From positions 124,001 through 188,000 of the forward strand of contig OZ251249.1 of NCBI GenBank assembly GCA_965240325.2: a stretch of 64,000 nucleotides of DNA, written 5' to 3'. The stretch is from Rebecca billardiae RCC1528 (taxonomy: Eukaryota; Protista; Haptophyta). Shown here piece by piece: positions 11,065 through 23,484 of this stretch. Every line of letters begins with the position of its first letter. Positions within the stretch are counted from its first letter, which is position 1. The position numbers and the translations under genes were made by a program. The notes beneath the pieces are model-generated. The model was not told the DNA's origin, made no database searches, and worked only from the letters and a program-made list of their open reading frames with translations.

Positions 11065-12495
11065 TCAGCGCAGCCCACAGCGCCGCAGCAGGGGCGGCAG
11101 CTGCACCACCTGCTGCGGCGTCTGCTGCTCTCTGCCATCGTAGCCCACGCCCAGGCCGAGCGCGCCCGAACGCCTGCCGCATGCGTGCACGCCACCGTCC
11201 GCGGTGACGTAGAGGGCGTGGGATGCGCCGAACGAGCAGTCGACCACGCGCGCATGCGCGAGGCCCTCCACCCGCTCGGGCAGCGTGCGATCCATTCGGT
11301 CCCCCAGCCCCAGCTGGCCACAGTCGTTGAGCCCAAATGCGTGCACGCTGCCGTCCGCGCACACAACTGCGCTGGTGTGATCGCCCGCGCTGGCGCGCAC
11401 GGCACGCATGCCGCCCAGTGCTTGAATGCGCGTGGGCACCGAACGACGCGCCACGTCACCGTGGCCGAGCGCGCCGCCGACACCGCTTCCGAAGGAGTGC
11501 ACGCCGCCCGCTGCGTCCACCACCAGGCTGTGGTTGAAGCCCGCGCTCACGTGCACGGCGCGCACGCCCGCGAGCGCCTCGATGCGCCGCGGCGTGCGCT
11601 GCCGCTGCCCGTCACCGTGGCCAAGGCGGCCGTCGTAGGCCTCCCCGCACGAGTACACTGCGCCGCACGCCGAGAGCAGCAGCGTGTAATAGCTGCCAGC
11701 GGCAACGCCGCCCACGCGCACGCCGTCCAGCGCCTCGATGCGCGTCGGCTCGAGCCGGTGCTTCGTGTCGCCGTGGCCGAGCTGGCCATAGTAGTTGTGG
11801 CCCCAGCTGTACGCTGCGCCGGCAGCCGTGAGCGCGAGGCTGTGGTACCAACAGGCAGCAACGCCGACGACGAGCTGCGCACCTAGCGCCGCCACCTGCA
11901 CGAACGCCCGTCGCGCAGCCGTGTCGCCCACGCCCAGCTGGCCAAAGACGTTGCCGCCGCACGCATACACGGCTCCAGCGTCGCTCAGCGCGAGCAGGTA
12001 CGTGCCACCGGCAGCAACTGCACGCACACGCACGGCCGCAAGCGAGTCCACGCGCGTCGGCACGAGCACGCGGGACTTCCAGCTCAGCTCGGGATGGCCC
12101 AGCGGCACGCCGCACGTGTGCACGCCGCCGGTGCTGTCGACAAAGGCGGAAAATCGCATCTCAATCGATCGGCCGGCAGCTGCAACGTGCGCGTGCGCGC
12201 ACGCAAGCTCGAGCACGCGCTCGTGCCCAAGCAGCTCCTCCGCCCACGTGCGCGTGCCCGCCGGCAGGGTCGGCGGCAGCGCGGCCTCGTGCCCGCGCGC
12301 GCGCGCGCGCTCGCGCAGCGCGTGCTCGAGCGGCGCGCCGCGGAAGAGGCGCGCGGCGGCGTTGGCGGCGGCGAGATCGTGCACGCCGTCGAGGTGAACG
12401 AGAATGCGCGCGACGAGCTCGGGCGGCAGGTCGGTCAGCCGCACGGCCGCCGTTGCCGAGCGCGCCTCCCCACGCGCGCGCGTCGTCGGTGCCAT
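11065..12495 (-). CDS. F-box-like + RCC1-repeat protein, copy 2
   Basis: Tandem paralog, 1431 bp, same motifs. Confidence 0.9.
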   Translation of the reverse strand: MAPTTRARGEARSATAAVRLTDLPPELVARILVHLDGVHDLAAANAAARLFRGAPLEHALRERARARGHEAALPPTLPAGTRTWAEELLGHERVLELACAHAHVAAAGRSIEMRFSAFVDSTGGVHTCGVPLGHPELSWKSRVLVPTRVDSLAAVRVRAVAAGGTYLLALSDAGAVYACGGNVFGQLGVGDTAARRAFVQVAALGAQLVVGVAACWYHSLALTAAGAAYSWGHNYYGQLGHGDTKHRLEPTRIEALDGVRVGGVAAGSYYTLLLSACGAVYSCGEAYDGRLGHGDGQRQRTPRRIEALAGVRAVHVSAGFNHSLVVDAAGGVHSFGSGVGGALGHGDVARRSVPTRIQALGGMRAVRASAGDHTSAVVCADGSVHAFGLNDCGQLGLGDRMDRTLPERVEGLAHARVVDCSFGASHALYVTADGGVHACGRRSGALGLGVGYDGREQQTPQQVVQLPPLLRRCGLR

Positions 12496-12930
12496 GTGGG
12501 AAGCCCGCGCCGCGGTGAGGACGGCGGTTGGCCGCTGCGCGGCCGAAGCCCGGCACCCGGGCTTGTCAGCGTGTCCGGTCCGGGGAGGCGCCATCAGTAT
12601 CATCTTTCCTAATCATCATTGTCAACGACTGACGAGTGACTGTGACTGACGACACTCATCAGTGACGATCTGAACCGTCACCGTGCCGAGACGGCGCTGA
12701 CTAGTCGTTGCATGTCCGAATGTATGGCGTTCGCAGACGACGCGTCAGTGGGAACGGCCATTGGCGGCGCGCGGCCCGCCTCAGCCCGCTGCCGCTGCCC
12801 GCTTGCAGCGCGGCGAGGCCGTCGGGTTCGGCAGCAGTGCAGCGCGGCACAGTGCCCTGCGCCAGCACTCGCAAGCACGGCGCACTCAGGCATGCCTGCG
12901 CGGCCAGCGCACCCACCACTGGCCGCGCGC

Positions 12931-14361
12931 TCAGCGCAGCCCACAGCGCCGCATCAGGGGCGGCAGCTGCACCACGCGCTGCGGCGTCTGCTGCAGTCCG
13001 CCATCGTCGTCCACGCCCAGGCCGAGCGCGCCCGAACGTTCACCGCACGCGCCCACGCCGCCGTCCGCGGTGGCGTAGAGGGCGTGGCGATAACCGCGTG
13101 AGCAGTCGACCACGCGCGCATGCGCGAGGCCCTCCACCCGCTCGGGTAGCGTGCGATCGACTCGGTCCCGCAGCCCCAGCTGGCCGTAGTAGTTGTCCCC
13201 AAACGTGTGCACGCTGCCGTCCGCGCACACCACCGCGCTGGTGCGACAGCCCGCGCTGGCGCGCACGGCACGCACGCCCAGCAGGGCGGCGATGCGCGTG
13301 GGCATCAAGCGACGCGCCTCGTCGCCGTGTCCGAGCGAGCCATACCCACCGCCTCCGAAGGAGTGCACGCCGCCCGCCGCGTCCACCACCAGGCTGTGCT
13401 CGAAGCCCGCGCTCACGTGCACGGCGCGCACGCCAGCGAGCGCCTCGATGCGCCGCGGCGTGCGCTGCCGCTGCTTGTCACCGTGGCCAAGGCAGCCGTA
13501 CTCGGCATCCCCGCACGAGTACACGGCGCCGCACGCCGAGAGCAGTAGCGTGTGCCCGCCGCCCGCCGCAACGCCGCCCACGCGCACGCCGTCCAGCGCC
13601 TTGATGCGCGTCGGCTGCAGCCGGTGCTTCGTGTCGCCGTGGCCGAGCTGGCCAAAGTAGTTGTGGCCCCAGCTGTACGCTGCGCCGGCAGCCGTGAGCG
13701 CGAGGCTGTGGTACCAACCGGCAGCAACGCCGACGACGAGCTGCGCACCTAGCGCCGCCACCTGCACGAACGCCCGTCGCTCAGCCGTGTCGCCCACGCC
13801 CAGCTGGCCAAAGACGTTGCCGCCGCACGCATACACGGCTCCGGCGTCGCTCAGCGCGAGCAGGTACGTGCCGCCGGCAGCAACTGCACGCACACGCACG
13901 GCCGCAAGCGAGTCCACGCGCGTCGGCACGAGCACGCGGGACTCCCAGCTCAGCTCGGGATGGCCCAGCGGCACGCCGCACGTGTGCACGCCGCCGGTGC
14001 TGTCGACAAAGGCGGAAAATAGCATCTCAATCGATCGGCCGGCAGCTGCAACGTGCGCGTGCGCGCACGCAAGCTCGAGCATGCGCTCGCGCCCAAGCAG
14101 CTCCTCCGCCCACGTGCGCGTGCCCGCCGGCAGGGTCGGCGGCAGCGCGGCCTCGTGCCCGCGCGCGCGCGCGCGCTCGCGCAGCGCGTGCTCGAGCGGC
14201 GCGCCGCGGAAGAGGCGCGCGGCGGCGTTCGCGGCGGCGAGATCGTGCGCGCCGTCGAGGTGGATGAGGATGCGCGCGACGAGATCGGGCGGCAGGTCGG
14301 TCAGCCGCACGGCCGCCGCTGCCAAGCGCGCCTCGCTACGCGCGCGCGTCGTCGGTGCCAT
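12931..14361 (-). CDS. F-box-like + RCC1-repeat protein, copy 3
   Basis: Tandem paralog, 1431 bp, same motifs. Confidence 0.9.
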   Translation of the reverse strand: MAPTTRARSEARLAAAAVRLTDLPPDLVARILIHLDGAHDLAAANAAARLFRGAPLEHALRERARARGHEAALPPTLPAGTRTWAEELLGRERMLELACAHAHVAAAGRSIEMLFSAFVDSTGGVHTCGVPLGHPELSWESRVLVPTRVDSLAAVRVRAVAAGGTYLLALSDAGAVYACGGNVFGQLGVGDTAERRAFVQVAALGAQLVVGVAAGWYHSLALTAAGAAYSWGHNYFGQLGHGDTKHRLQPTRIKALDGVRVGGVAAGGGHTLLLSACGAVYSCGDAEYGCLGHGDKQRQRTPRRIEALAGVRAVHVSAGFEHSLVVDAAGGVHSFGGGGYGSLGHGDEARRLMPTRIAALLGVRAVRASAGCRTSAVVCADGSVHTFGDNYYGQLGLRDRVDRTLPERVEGLAHARVVDCSRGYRHALYATADGGVGACGERSGALGLGVDDDGGLQQTPQRVVQLPPLMRRCGLR

Positions 14362-14784
14362 GTGGGGCCCGCGCCGCGGTGAGGACGGCGGTTGGCCGCT
14401 GCGCGGCCGAAGCCCGGCACCCGGGCTTGTCAGCGTGTCCGGTCCGGGGTGGTGCCCATCCCGGGTCGGGATACGGGCCCCGCCCGGGCCGGCGCAGCAT
14501 GAGCAAGCAGCATCAGCATGAGGCTCAGTCTCCTGCTCAGTGCGCCAACGTCTGAGTGTCTGACAAGCAAGCGAACCATCGGCCACGGCGGGCACCTCGC
14601 GTACCCGCTAGGGCAAGCGTGCACTACGGTGACAGGCGACGGCATTCGATGCTGACGCGACACCGTGCATGATAAAATGGCGACGCCGGCGCGGCCGCAG
14701 CCCTCCGCCCGGCCGTACCGCTTATAGTGCGGCACTCACTGAGTGACCGCAGCTGACACCGCCGGCCAGCAATGCAGCGCGCGT

Positions 14785-15708
14785 TTAGATGATGCCAATC
14801 TTGTTTGCCACGTCGAGTGCGTCGTAGTCCGCCGTGAGCCGCACGTACGCCTTCTTGCTGCCGTCTGGCCGGATCAGCGTGTTCACCTGCGCAGCGCGGG
14901 CGGCACAGCAACGGTGCGGCGCGGCGCAGCGCGCGGGTGAGCAGCCGCGTGGTGGGCGCACCAGAGCGCGCGCAGCGCGGCGCGGGCGCACCTTGAGCGT
15001 CTCGATCTCGTAGAGCTTCTGCACCGCCTTCTTGATCTGCGTCTTGTTCGCCTCGGTGTGCACGATGAAGACCAGCGTGTTGTTGTCCTCGATCTTCTTC
15101 ATCGCAGACTCGGTCGTCAGCGGGTACCTGGCGGCAGCGGGCGGCAGCGGGCAGACAGCGGGCGGCGGCGGCAGCGGCAAGCGTCAGTGGGAGCGGGCGC
15201 GCTCCGCCGCGCACTCGGTCTGCGCCGCGGCACGCGGCCCGCTCGCCGCGCCGCGCGCCCCACGCGTCCGCCCGCGCGCGCGCGCACTTGAGGATCGTGA
15301 ACTGGTCGAGCTTGGGCAGGCGCGCGGCTGATCGGCGCGGGTACTTGGGGTCGCGCGACTGCCTGAGCGTCTTGGGGCGGAAGAAGTGCACCTTGGTGCG
15401 CACCTTCTTGAGCGTCTTCTTCGCGTTCACGCCCTTCTTCACGGCGAGCGCCGCCTTCTTCGCCTTGTCGGCCGCGGCCGAGCCGCCCTGCGCGCGCGCG
15501 GTGCGCGCACGCGGCACGCCGGCTCAGCGGCCGCCCGCCGCCGCGCGCCGAGCACCGCGCACCGCCGAGCACCGAGCTCGGAGTGGCTCGCGAGCGGGCT
15601 CGTCGAGCCGCACGCGCCCTCGCCCGCCACGCCGCCCGCGCCTGCCACGCGCGCCACCCGCGGCGCGCCCGCGCGCACCTTCTTGGGAGGCGCCTTCTTG
15701 GCTGGCAT
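14785..15708 (-). CDS. RPL23A: 60S ribosomal protein L23a (uL23); exons 15708-15679, 15487-15288, 15127-14992, 14886-14785
   Basis: [55 protein letters not shown] introns restore the reading frame. Confidence 0.97.
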
Positions 15709-16268
15709 GGCTGCGCCCGCGATCGAGCACGTGGCGGGAGCGTCCGGGAGGCGCGCCGTCGCGCTGCTGCAAGACCTGCGAGCCGGACTGGAGCATGGCC
15801 GCTCCAAAAGAATCCCGTTCGAGCACAAGGACCGATGGCTGGATTACCCACCGTTCAAGAGCTGGTTCGATGACCAAGGTTGACGAGCCCATATTCATCA
15901 CCAAGCGCCCTTTTGGCTGTCTATAAATGCCCATCGTGCATGACGAGCCAGAATGGGTACTTCTGAGCGGCCTAGCCAGGTCCGGTGTGCGCGCGGTTAG
16001 CGTGGTACCCGCGCTGATACAATCTGGCGCGCTCGAATACGCGGTGCGCCGGTACCAAAGATGAGCTCATCTACGGTTTGGGTTTGGGGCAAACCCTGAA
16101 CTTCAACCCCATACAACAAGCGACGACGAGACGCGGCAGGTGCGCGAGGTGCGCTGTGCAGCTTGAGTGCAACAGTGGCTGGTAGGGGGCATCGTCATCC
16201 ATCCTCGCCCCACACACACGGGCAGGCTACCGGCTGGGCGCCCGACGGGAGCCCCGCTGGCCGGCCGT

Positions 16269-18564
16269 ATGGTCAATGGGATGCGGCGCAACGTGAGCGA
16301 GCCCGGCACGAGCGGCCGCGACCTCGCGCGCCTCGACCGCTACCCCGCCATCGAGCCGCGCGTCTCGGTCGACTCGAACGGCGCCGCCTCGGCCGGCGTC
16401 GGCGGCGCCGGCGGCGGCGGCGTGCTCTCGATGATGCAGTCGGCGTTCGGCGGCGGCGGCGGCGGCGGCGCGTTCGGGCACGCCAAGCCGAACGGCGTCT
16501 CGCGCATGAGCAGCGCCGGCGACAAGCTCGCCGCGCAGCACGGCGCCGACCCGCGCGACCGCGCGGTGCCGTCCGAGTACCTGCAGGACCTCGTGCGCAC
16601 GCCCGAGGCGCTGGAGAACGTGTCGGGGATCTGCCTGCTCGCGGCGCGGGGGAACCTGCCCGCGCTCAAGGCCAAGGCGGGCGCGCTCAAGGGCACCGCG
16701 CTCGCCGCCGCCAAGTCGCTCGACGGCCGCACGCCGCTCCACTTTGCCGCCGCGGCCAATCAGATCGCCGTGTGCGAGTGGCTGCTGGAGCAAGGCGTGC
16801 CCGTGAACGCGGTGGACGCGTTCGGGCTGACGCCGCTGGCGGAGGCGGTGCGCTGGTCCCACCGCGAGCTCGCGCGCTCGCTCCACGCCAAGGGCGCCTG
16901 CCTGCTCATCAACGGCATGCTCGTGCGCTACCACAACTTTGACGCGCAGGTGGGTGGGGGGACCGCGCGCGCGTGTGTGTGTGTACGTGCACGTGTGTGT
17001 GTGTCGGCGTGTGTGCGTGGAGGGAGAGAGGGAGCGCCCCGCGGTGGCGGCGGATGGTGCGGCGGAGTATAGGGCTGCCCCGCCGCGCCGCACACCGCAC
17101 ACCGGCTCCATGCCGCGCTCACACCCCCGCCCGCCCCCTCCCGCCCCTAACCCTAACCCTACCCCTAACCCTAACCCTAACCCAGGTGCCCCTGCTCAAC
17201 GCGTCGATGACGGACGAGGACTGGGAGATCGACGGGGAGGAGCTCAAGCCCGACGGCATGATCGGGCAGGGCTCGTTCGGGCTGATCTACCGCGCGGCGT
17301 GGCGGGGCACGCCCGTGGCGATCAAGCAGATCCACATCAAGCACCACACCGGTGCCGGCGCCGCCCCCGCCGAGCCCGGCGGCGCGCCGGCCGCGCCGCT
17401 GCCAGACGACCCGTCGGTTGAGGCGATCGTCTCGGAGCTGCGCGAGGAGCTGTGGCTGATGAGCCGGCTGCACCACCCGCACGTGCTGCAGTTCCTCGGC
17501 GCGGTGACCAAGCCGGGGCCGCACTCGCCCGCGATCGGTGCGCGCGCGCGCGCGCGCGCGGCGGGCTGGCTGGCGGCGCGCGGCGCCCGCCAGCCCTCGG
17601 CCCGGCGCGCGCGCGCGCGCTCACGCGCCCGCCCCGGCCCCGCCGCCCCGCTGCCCCGCCGCGCCCCCGCTGCCGCAGTGATGGAGCTCGCGACGCTCAC
17701 GCTCGCGCAGCGGTACAAGAACCCGCCGCCGCTCTCCTTCGCCGAGGCCATGTCCGCCGCCATCCACGTCGCGCGCGGCGTCGCGTACCTGCACGGCCAC
17801 AAGCCAAACCCGATCATCCACCGCGACCTCAAGCCGTCCAACGTGCTGCTCACGCACACGGGCGTGTGGAAGGTGTGCGACTTTGGGCTGTCGCGGCTGC
17901 TGCCGGGGAAGGGGCCGATGTCCACCGCGTACCGACTCACCGGCGAGACCGGCTCGTACGTCTACATGGCGCCCGAGGTCTTCAAACACGAGTCGTATTC
18001 TCTCAAGGTCGACCAGTACGCGTACGCAATGATTGTCTACCAGGCGTTTGAGAGAGAGCGGCCGTTTATTCCGCTCAGGCCGATGGAGGCGGCGCGCGCC
18101 GCGTCGATGGGCAGGCGGCCGACCAAGGTGCGTGCGCCCGACCGCCGTGCGCGCGCGCCGCGCCGCACGCCCCGCCGGCGCCGCGCTCACCCGCCCTCGC
18201 GTGCCGCGCCGCGCCGCGCGGTGTGTGCGGTGTGCGCGTGCGCGCGCGTGCGGTGCAGGTGGGGCGCATGCCGCCGGTCGTGCGGCAGCTGGTGCAGAGC
18301 TGCTGGGCGGACGATGTGCGCGCACGCGCACCCCGCCCGCGCCGTCGTCCCTCCTCCCCCCGCCTCCCCTCACGCCGCCCTCCCCCGCCTCCCCCGCCTC
18401 CCTCGCTGCAGCAACAACTGCGCCCCTCCTTTGAGGAGATCGTGGACGAGCTCTCCGAGTTTGCAGCGGCGCGCGGGCTGTCGGTGGGCGCGCAGTTCAC
18501 GCGCTACTCGGGGACCTCGCGCGCGCTGCACTGCTCGCCAGGGGGCGCGTGCGCGGTGAGCTGA
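16269..18564 (+). CDS. Ankyrin-repeat TKL/Raf-like (ILK/VIK-type) protein kinase, spliced (introns ~16950-17185, ~17538-17678 and two near 18128-18410)
   Basis: Ankyrin: DGRTPLHFAA, GLTPLAEA. Kinase: GQGSFG, VAIK, HRDLKPSN, DFG, APE. Start codon uncertain. Confidence 0.9.
17145..17183 (+). repeat. Intronic telomere-like (CCCTAA)n abutting the 3' splice site
   Basis: Seen directly; AG acceptor at 17184-17185. Confidence 0.9.
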
Positions 18565-19199
18565 TCGGCCGAGGCGCACGCACACGCACACGCACGCCGC
18601 ACACGCACGCCCCGTCTGTCGCACCGCGCACACCGCCCGCCAGTCCGCCTGGCCGAGTCGCCAAGCCACCAGTCAGCAGCCGCCGTCGCCTCTAGGTCCT
18701 AGGTCCGCGTCAGTCGTCGTCACAGATGCCAGTCTCTGCACACCGTCGCCGTCCAGTGCCCGCCCGTCGTGTCGTAACACTCGTCGTCATGGCAGCCGCC
18801 GGCCGCCCGCCTCCGCGTCTCGCGGACTAAGCAACTGTCACTAGTCACAGCCGAACACCCTCGCGGTCTGGCCGCGCCATCATCACTCCGCCGGCCCCGG
18901 GCCCGACCCGCACAGCCGCGGGCCGGTGAAGCAGTCGATCGCCGCCCGCACTCCGCAGCCGTGATGGGACCGTCGTGGACCGGGCCCGTCCGACGGGCCC
19001 CGTGCCCACTACTGCTGCTGGTGGCAGTAGTGCCGGCGCCGGCCGCCCGGCGGCGCGCGCGCGACCCCGCTCACTACCCGGGCCCGCGCGGGCGCGGGCG
19101 GCCGTTCAACCGTCGGACGACGGGGCCGCCGACCGCCGCATTCCGACATGAAATAACCGCGTAGCAGTATGTAACGGTATATAGCAGCAGCGCAATGAC

Positions 19200-20465
19200 T
19201 CCTACTGCCGCGGCGTCGACGTGCGCGACATAAGTCGCTCGACGCGCGTGGGCGTGCGCACTGCGCACCCCGTGCCCAGCCGGTCGAGCCGCGGCTCGCG
19301 CCAGACCGAGCGCGGCGGGCGCGTCGCCGCACGCGCGCACCGCGCCTCCCGCCGTCGCGTACAGCGCGCGCAGCCCGCCGCCGAGCGCGCAGCCCACCAC
19401 GCGCGCGCCTCGACGAGCGCGGCGACGCGCCGCGGCTCGGGCGCGACGCGCGCGCCATCCGCGCAGCCGAGCGCGCCGTGCGCAGCATTGCCGCCGCGCG
19501 CGCGCGCGCTGCCGTCTGCGCACAGGAGCGTGCTGCTGCGGTGGCCCGCGCTGGCGGCGACGGCGCGCACGGCCTCCAGGGCGTCGATGCGCCGCGGCGC
19601 GGGGTGGCCGGCGAGGTCGGCGCGCCCGAGGCAGAGGGCAGCTGCTGCCCCCGCGCCCACACGCGTACGCGGCGCCCGCCAGCGCCAGGCGGTGCCGCTC
19701 GCCCGCGCCCACGTGCGTCCCGCGCGCGCCGGCGAGGCCGCCGCGCGCGCGCGCGCGGGCGTGTGCCGCGCTCGGTCGTCGCCGTGGCCGAGGCGTCCCT
19801 CCCAGCCGGAGCCGCGCACGGGTACACGGCGCCGTGGCCGAGGCGTCCCTCCCAGCCGGAGCCGCACGGGTACACTACACGGCGCGCCGCACGGCGCGAG
19901 CAGCAGCGTGTGCCCCCAGCCCCCGCCGCCACGCCGCCCACGCGCACGCCGTCGAGCGCCTTGATGCGCGCGCGCGCCCAGCGCTCGCGCCAGTCGCCGT
20001 GGGCCGAGCCGTCCGGCCGGCTCGGCCCACGGCGACTGGCGCGTGGCCCAGCGGGGCCGGCACGCGCGCGCGCCCGGCCGCGTCCGCCAGCCCGGCCGCG
20101 TGCCGCTCGCCGCACGTGTGCAGCGCGCCGCAGGCCGCGCCCGCTCACGCGCTCAAGAAACGCGGCCGGCACGTGCGGCGGGACGCGGGCGCACGCGACG
20201 ACGGCGGCGTGCGCGCGCGCTCGCGCGAGCACGCGCTCGCGCGCGAGCAGCTCCTCCGTCCACGTCGCCGCCGCGCCGCGCGGCAGCGCGGCGGGCAGCG
20301 CGGCGGCGTGGCCCCGCGCGCGCGCGCGCGCGCTCGCGAAGCGCGCGCCCGACCGGTGAGCGCTGGCCTGGCGCGCCGCGGAAGAGGCGGGCGGCGTTGG
20401 CGGCGGCGATGTCGCGGACGTCGTCATGCGCTCGACTCGCTCCTGTCGATCGTCGCGGACGCCAT
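19200..20465 (-). pseudogene. Frameshifted, degenerate F-box/RCC1 family member
   Basis: Family-specific peptides scattered over several frames (AAANAARLFRGAP, TWTEELLARERVL, IKALDGVRVGGVAAG, GRLGHG, ALYATAGGAVRACG). Internal ~36-bp duplication at 19780/19830. Confidence 0.8.
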
Positions 20466-20660
20466 GACGTCGTGTGCGGGCGGACCCCCATCCGCGCCCG
20501 TCCGCCCGGACTCTCTCCCCACGCCCAGCGCGCGTCCCGGACAGCAGCGCCATTGTTGCGCTGAAGGTGCCGCGTGGCCTGGGCGCCCTCCCGAGTAGCG
20601 CGTCTGCTCGGTGCGTGTGACTGGAGCGAGGCAGCCGCAGCGCGCCACTCGCCGGCAGCC

Positions 20661-21420
20661 ATGAGCGAGCAGAATGTGATGAAGGATCTCAAGATCGCCA
20701 AGCTCATCCTCAACATCTCCGTACGCGCGCGCCGCGCGCCCGGCTCGCCGCCTCGCCGCCGTCGCTGCTCCGCCGCGCCGGCGCGGCCGCGGGCGGCCGG
20801 CTCACCGCCGGCCCGCGCGCGGCGCGCGCGCGCAGGTGGGCGAGTCGGGCGATCGGCTCACGCGCGCGGCGAAGGTGCTGGAGCAGCTGTCCGGCCAGAC
20901 CCCCGTCTTCTCGCGCGCGCGGTACACCGTCCGCACCTTTGGCATCCGCCGCAACGAGAAGATCGCCGTGCACGTGACGATCCGCGGCGAGAAGGCCGAG
21001 GAGATGCTCGAGCGCGGGCTGAAGGTGAAGGAGTACGAGCTGCGCAAGGCGAACTTCGCGGAGAACGGCAACTTTGGCTTCGGCATCCAGGAGCACATCG
21101 ACCTCGGCCTCAAGTACGACCCGTCGACCGGTGCGCGCGCGCGCGGGCGGGCGCGTGCGCGGCGCGGCGTCGCGCCGCTCGGCAACGTCGGCCGGCCGCG
21201 CGCTCACCCGGCCGGCCCTCTGCGCACCGCACCCCGCCACCCCGCCTTGGCGCGCGCAGGCATCTACGGCATGGACTTCTTCGTCGTGATGAAGCGCGCG
21301 GGCGGCGGCCGCGTCGCCGTGCGCAGGAAGCAGCGCTCGCGCGTGGGCAAGCCGCACCGGCTGACCAAGGAGGGCTCTCAGAAATGGTTCATCAACAAGT
21401 ACGAGGGCATCCTGCTCTAG
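20661..21420 (+). CDS. RPL11: 60S ribosomal protein L11 (uL5); exons 20661-20720, 20836-21130, 21260-21420
   Basis: [69 protein letters not shown]. Confidence 0.98.
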
Positions 21421-22093
21421 GCCGTGTGCGCGCAGGGAGGGCCCGCGGCTGGGGCTGGAGGAGGAGGAGGCCGAGGCGTGGCGGGTTGCAGCCGCGCGCC
21501 GACGCCGGTGCGGCTCGCTCGCACAGGCCGCGACGGCGGGGCGATGGCAGCCGCCTGCAGCGGGCCGCGCGGCAGCGCCGGCGACGTGCTCCGAGCTGCG
21601 GGCCAGTGCCGGCTCGTCCCACGCGGCGAGGCGGAGTGCGAGCCGATCGGCACTCTCTCTGTGAGCGACGGGCGATGCTCGCACCGGAATGCGTCTGACT
21701 CAATTCATCAACATTGCGGCGTCGACGGTGAGACGTCGCGCGCGGCAACGGGCAAGGATCGGGCCACAGGCTGCCACGGTTAACGGAACGCGTCTTTCCG
21801 AATCAGTCGAAGATGGTCGCAGCCCGATCCGCCGTGGTACTAGATATACTGCTGACGTATGACAGCCGCATATCGTGCTATACTGTTACGGCATGATCCC
21901 ATCACCCGGCGATACATCGATGATATTCCGGCCTGCATAGTATGGGTGCTGACGAGCGTTGGCACCGTCATTGCGGCACGACCGCAGCCGCTTTCCGCCT
22001 CCGGCTTTGCGCGCTGACCGTCGACGGACTCGAGTGACGACGCGGTCCGTGTCACAGTGATTGCTGGTGCTCAGGTGCGGTCGTCGCCGCGGC

Positions 22094-23289
22094 TCAGCCC
22101 GTGGCCTCGTGCAGCGCGTACTGCACGGCGAGCATCCCCGCGAACGCCGTCCCCAGCGACGCGTACAGCTCAAAGTCCGACCCCTTCGCCTTGGCCATCT
22201 CCTCCTTGGCGTCCTGCGCGCACGCGGGCAGCGGCGGTTAGGAGCGAGCCGGGGGTTCAGGCGGAGAGGGCGCGCGAGGCGGGCGCGCGCGCGCACCCTC
22301 AGCAGGTCGAAGCACGCGACGTGCGCCATGGCCGACGCGGCGAAGCCCAGCCCGATGGGCAGCAGCCAGCCGAACTGGTGCACGAACAGGTACGCGGGCA
22401 GCGCCATCAGAGGCTGCGGCAGCGAGCTGAAGACTGCGCGCGCGCGGTCGGCGGGGGCGCGCGGGGCGGTGAGCGCGTGCGGGGGGGCAGCCAGCCCGCC
22501 GCCACGCGCGCGCGCGAGAGAGCGCGCACCCGCCCACGCCGCCGCCCGCGGCACGCTCGTCCCCTGCGGCACGAGCACGAGCGCGATCGCCAGCCCCTCC
22601 GGGATGTTGTGGATGGCGAGCGCGGTCGAGACGTACGCGCCGAAGACGGTGCGCTCCTTGAAGGAGACGCCGATGCCGACGCCCTCGGCGAAGGAGTGCG
22701 CGGTCATCACCACGAGCAGCAGCAGCGTCTTCTGCGCGCTCGCCCCGCTCATCGAGTCGAACTTGACGTCCTCGTGCCTGCGCGCGCACGGCCGGCCGGG
22801 CGGGGGCGGGGGCGGCGGCGCGTGAGCGCGGCCGCGGCGGTGCGCGGGTGCGCGAGGCCCCGGCCGCTCCCCCGCGATGCGCGCGTACCGTTCCAAGAAG
22901 CCGCGCGTCGCGACGATGAAGAGGTACCCCAGCAGCATCCCCAGCGCCACCTTGTGCCGCGACTCGCCAAAGCCCTCGATCGAGAGCGCGAGCGAGGCGG
23001 CGAGGCACATGCCCGCGGCGGCGCAGTTGGAGTAGGCGATGTTTTTGGCGCGCACGGCTCTGCTCGCGCAGAGCGGCAGCGCGCCGAGGCCCGTCGTCAT
23101 CGCCGTGATCTGCCGCCGCGCCACGCGCCGCCGCGCCGCGCCGCGTGAGCGCCGCCGCCCGCGCGCGCGCGCCGCGCGCGCCGCGCGCCGCGCCGCGCGC
23201 CGCGCGCGCACGGTGGAGTAGAAGAGGACTGTGCGCAGGCCGGCGACGGGCACGCCCATGAACATGGGCTCTGCACCGTTCGTCTCCAT
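22094..23289 (-). CDS. ZIP-family (ZupT/GufA/ZTP29-like) metal transporter, spliced
   Basis: TTGLGALP, HSFAEGVGIGVSF, HNIPEG and SSLPQP motifs, multiple TM segments, GT-AG introns. Confidence 0.9.
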
Positions 23290-23484
23290 GGCCGCGTGCA
23301 CACCCGCGTCTCGCGCCCGGTCGTCCTGCCCACGCCCACCACGCGGCACCCCTGCTTGTGCGGAGAGTGCTGCTCAACAAATCCTATGCGCCCGGCTTCG
23401 TCAGGCCGCATCGGGCCAATGGGAGGCCAGGGTGCCTCATTAAGCAGCACCGGAACCCCTTCTGCCCGAATTCCGCCGGCCGCC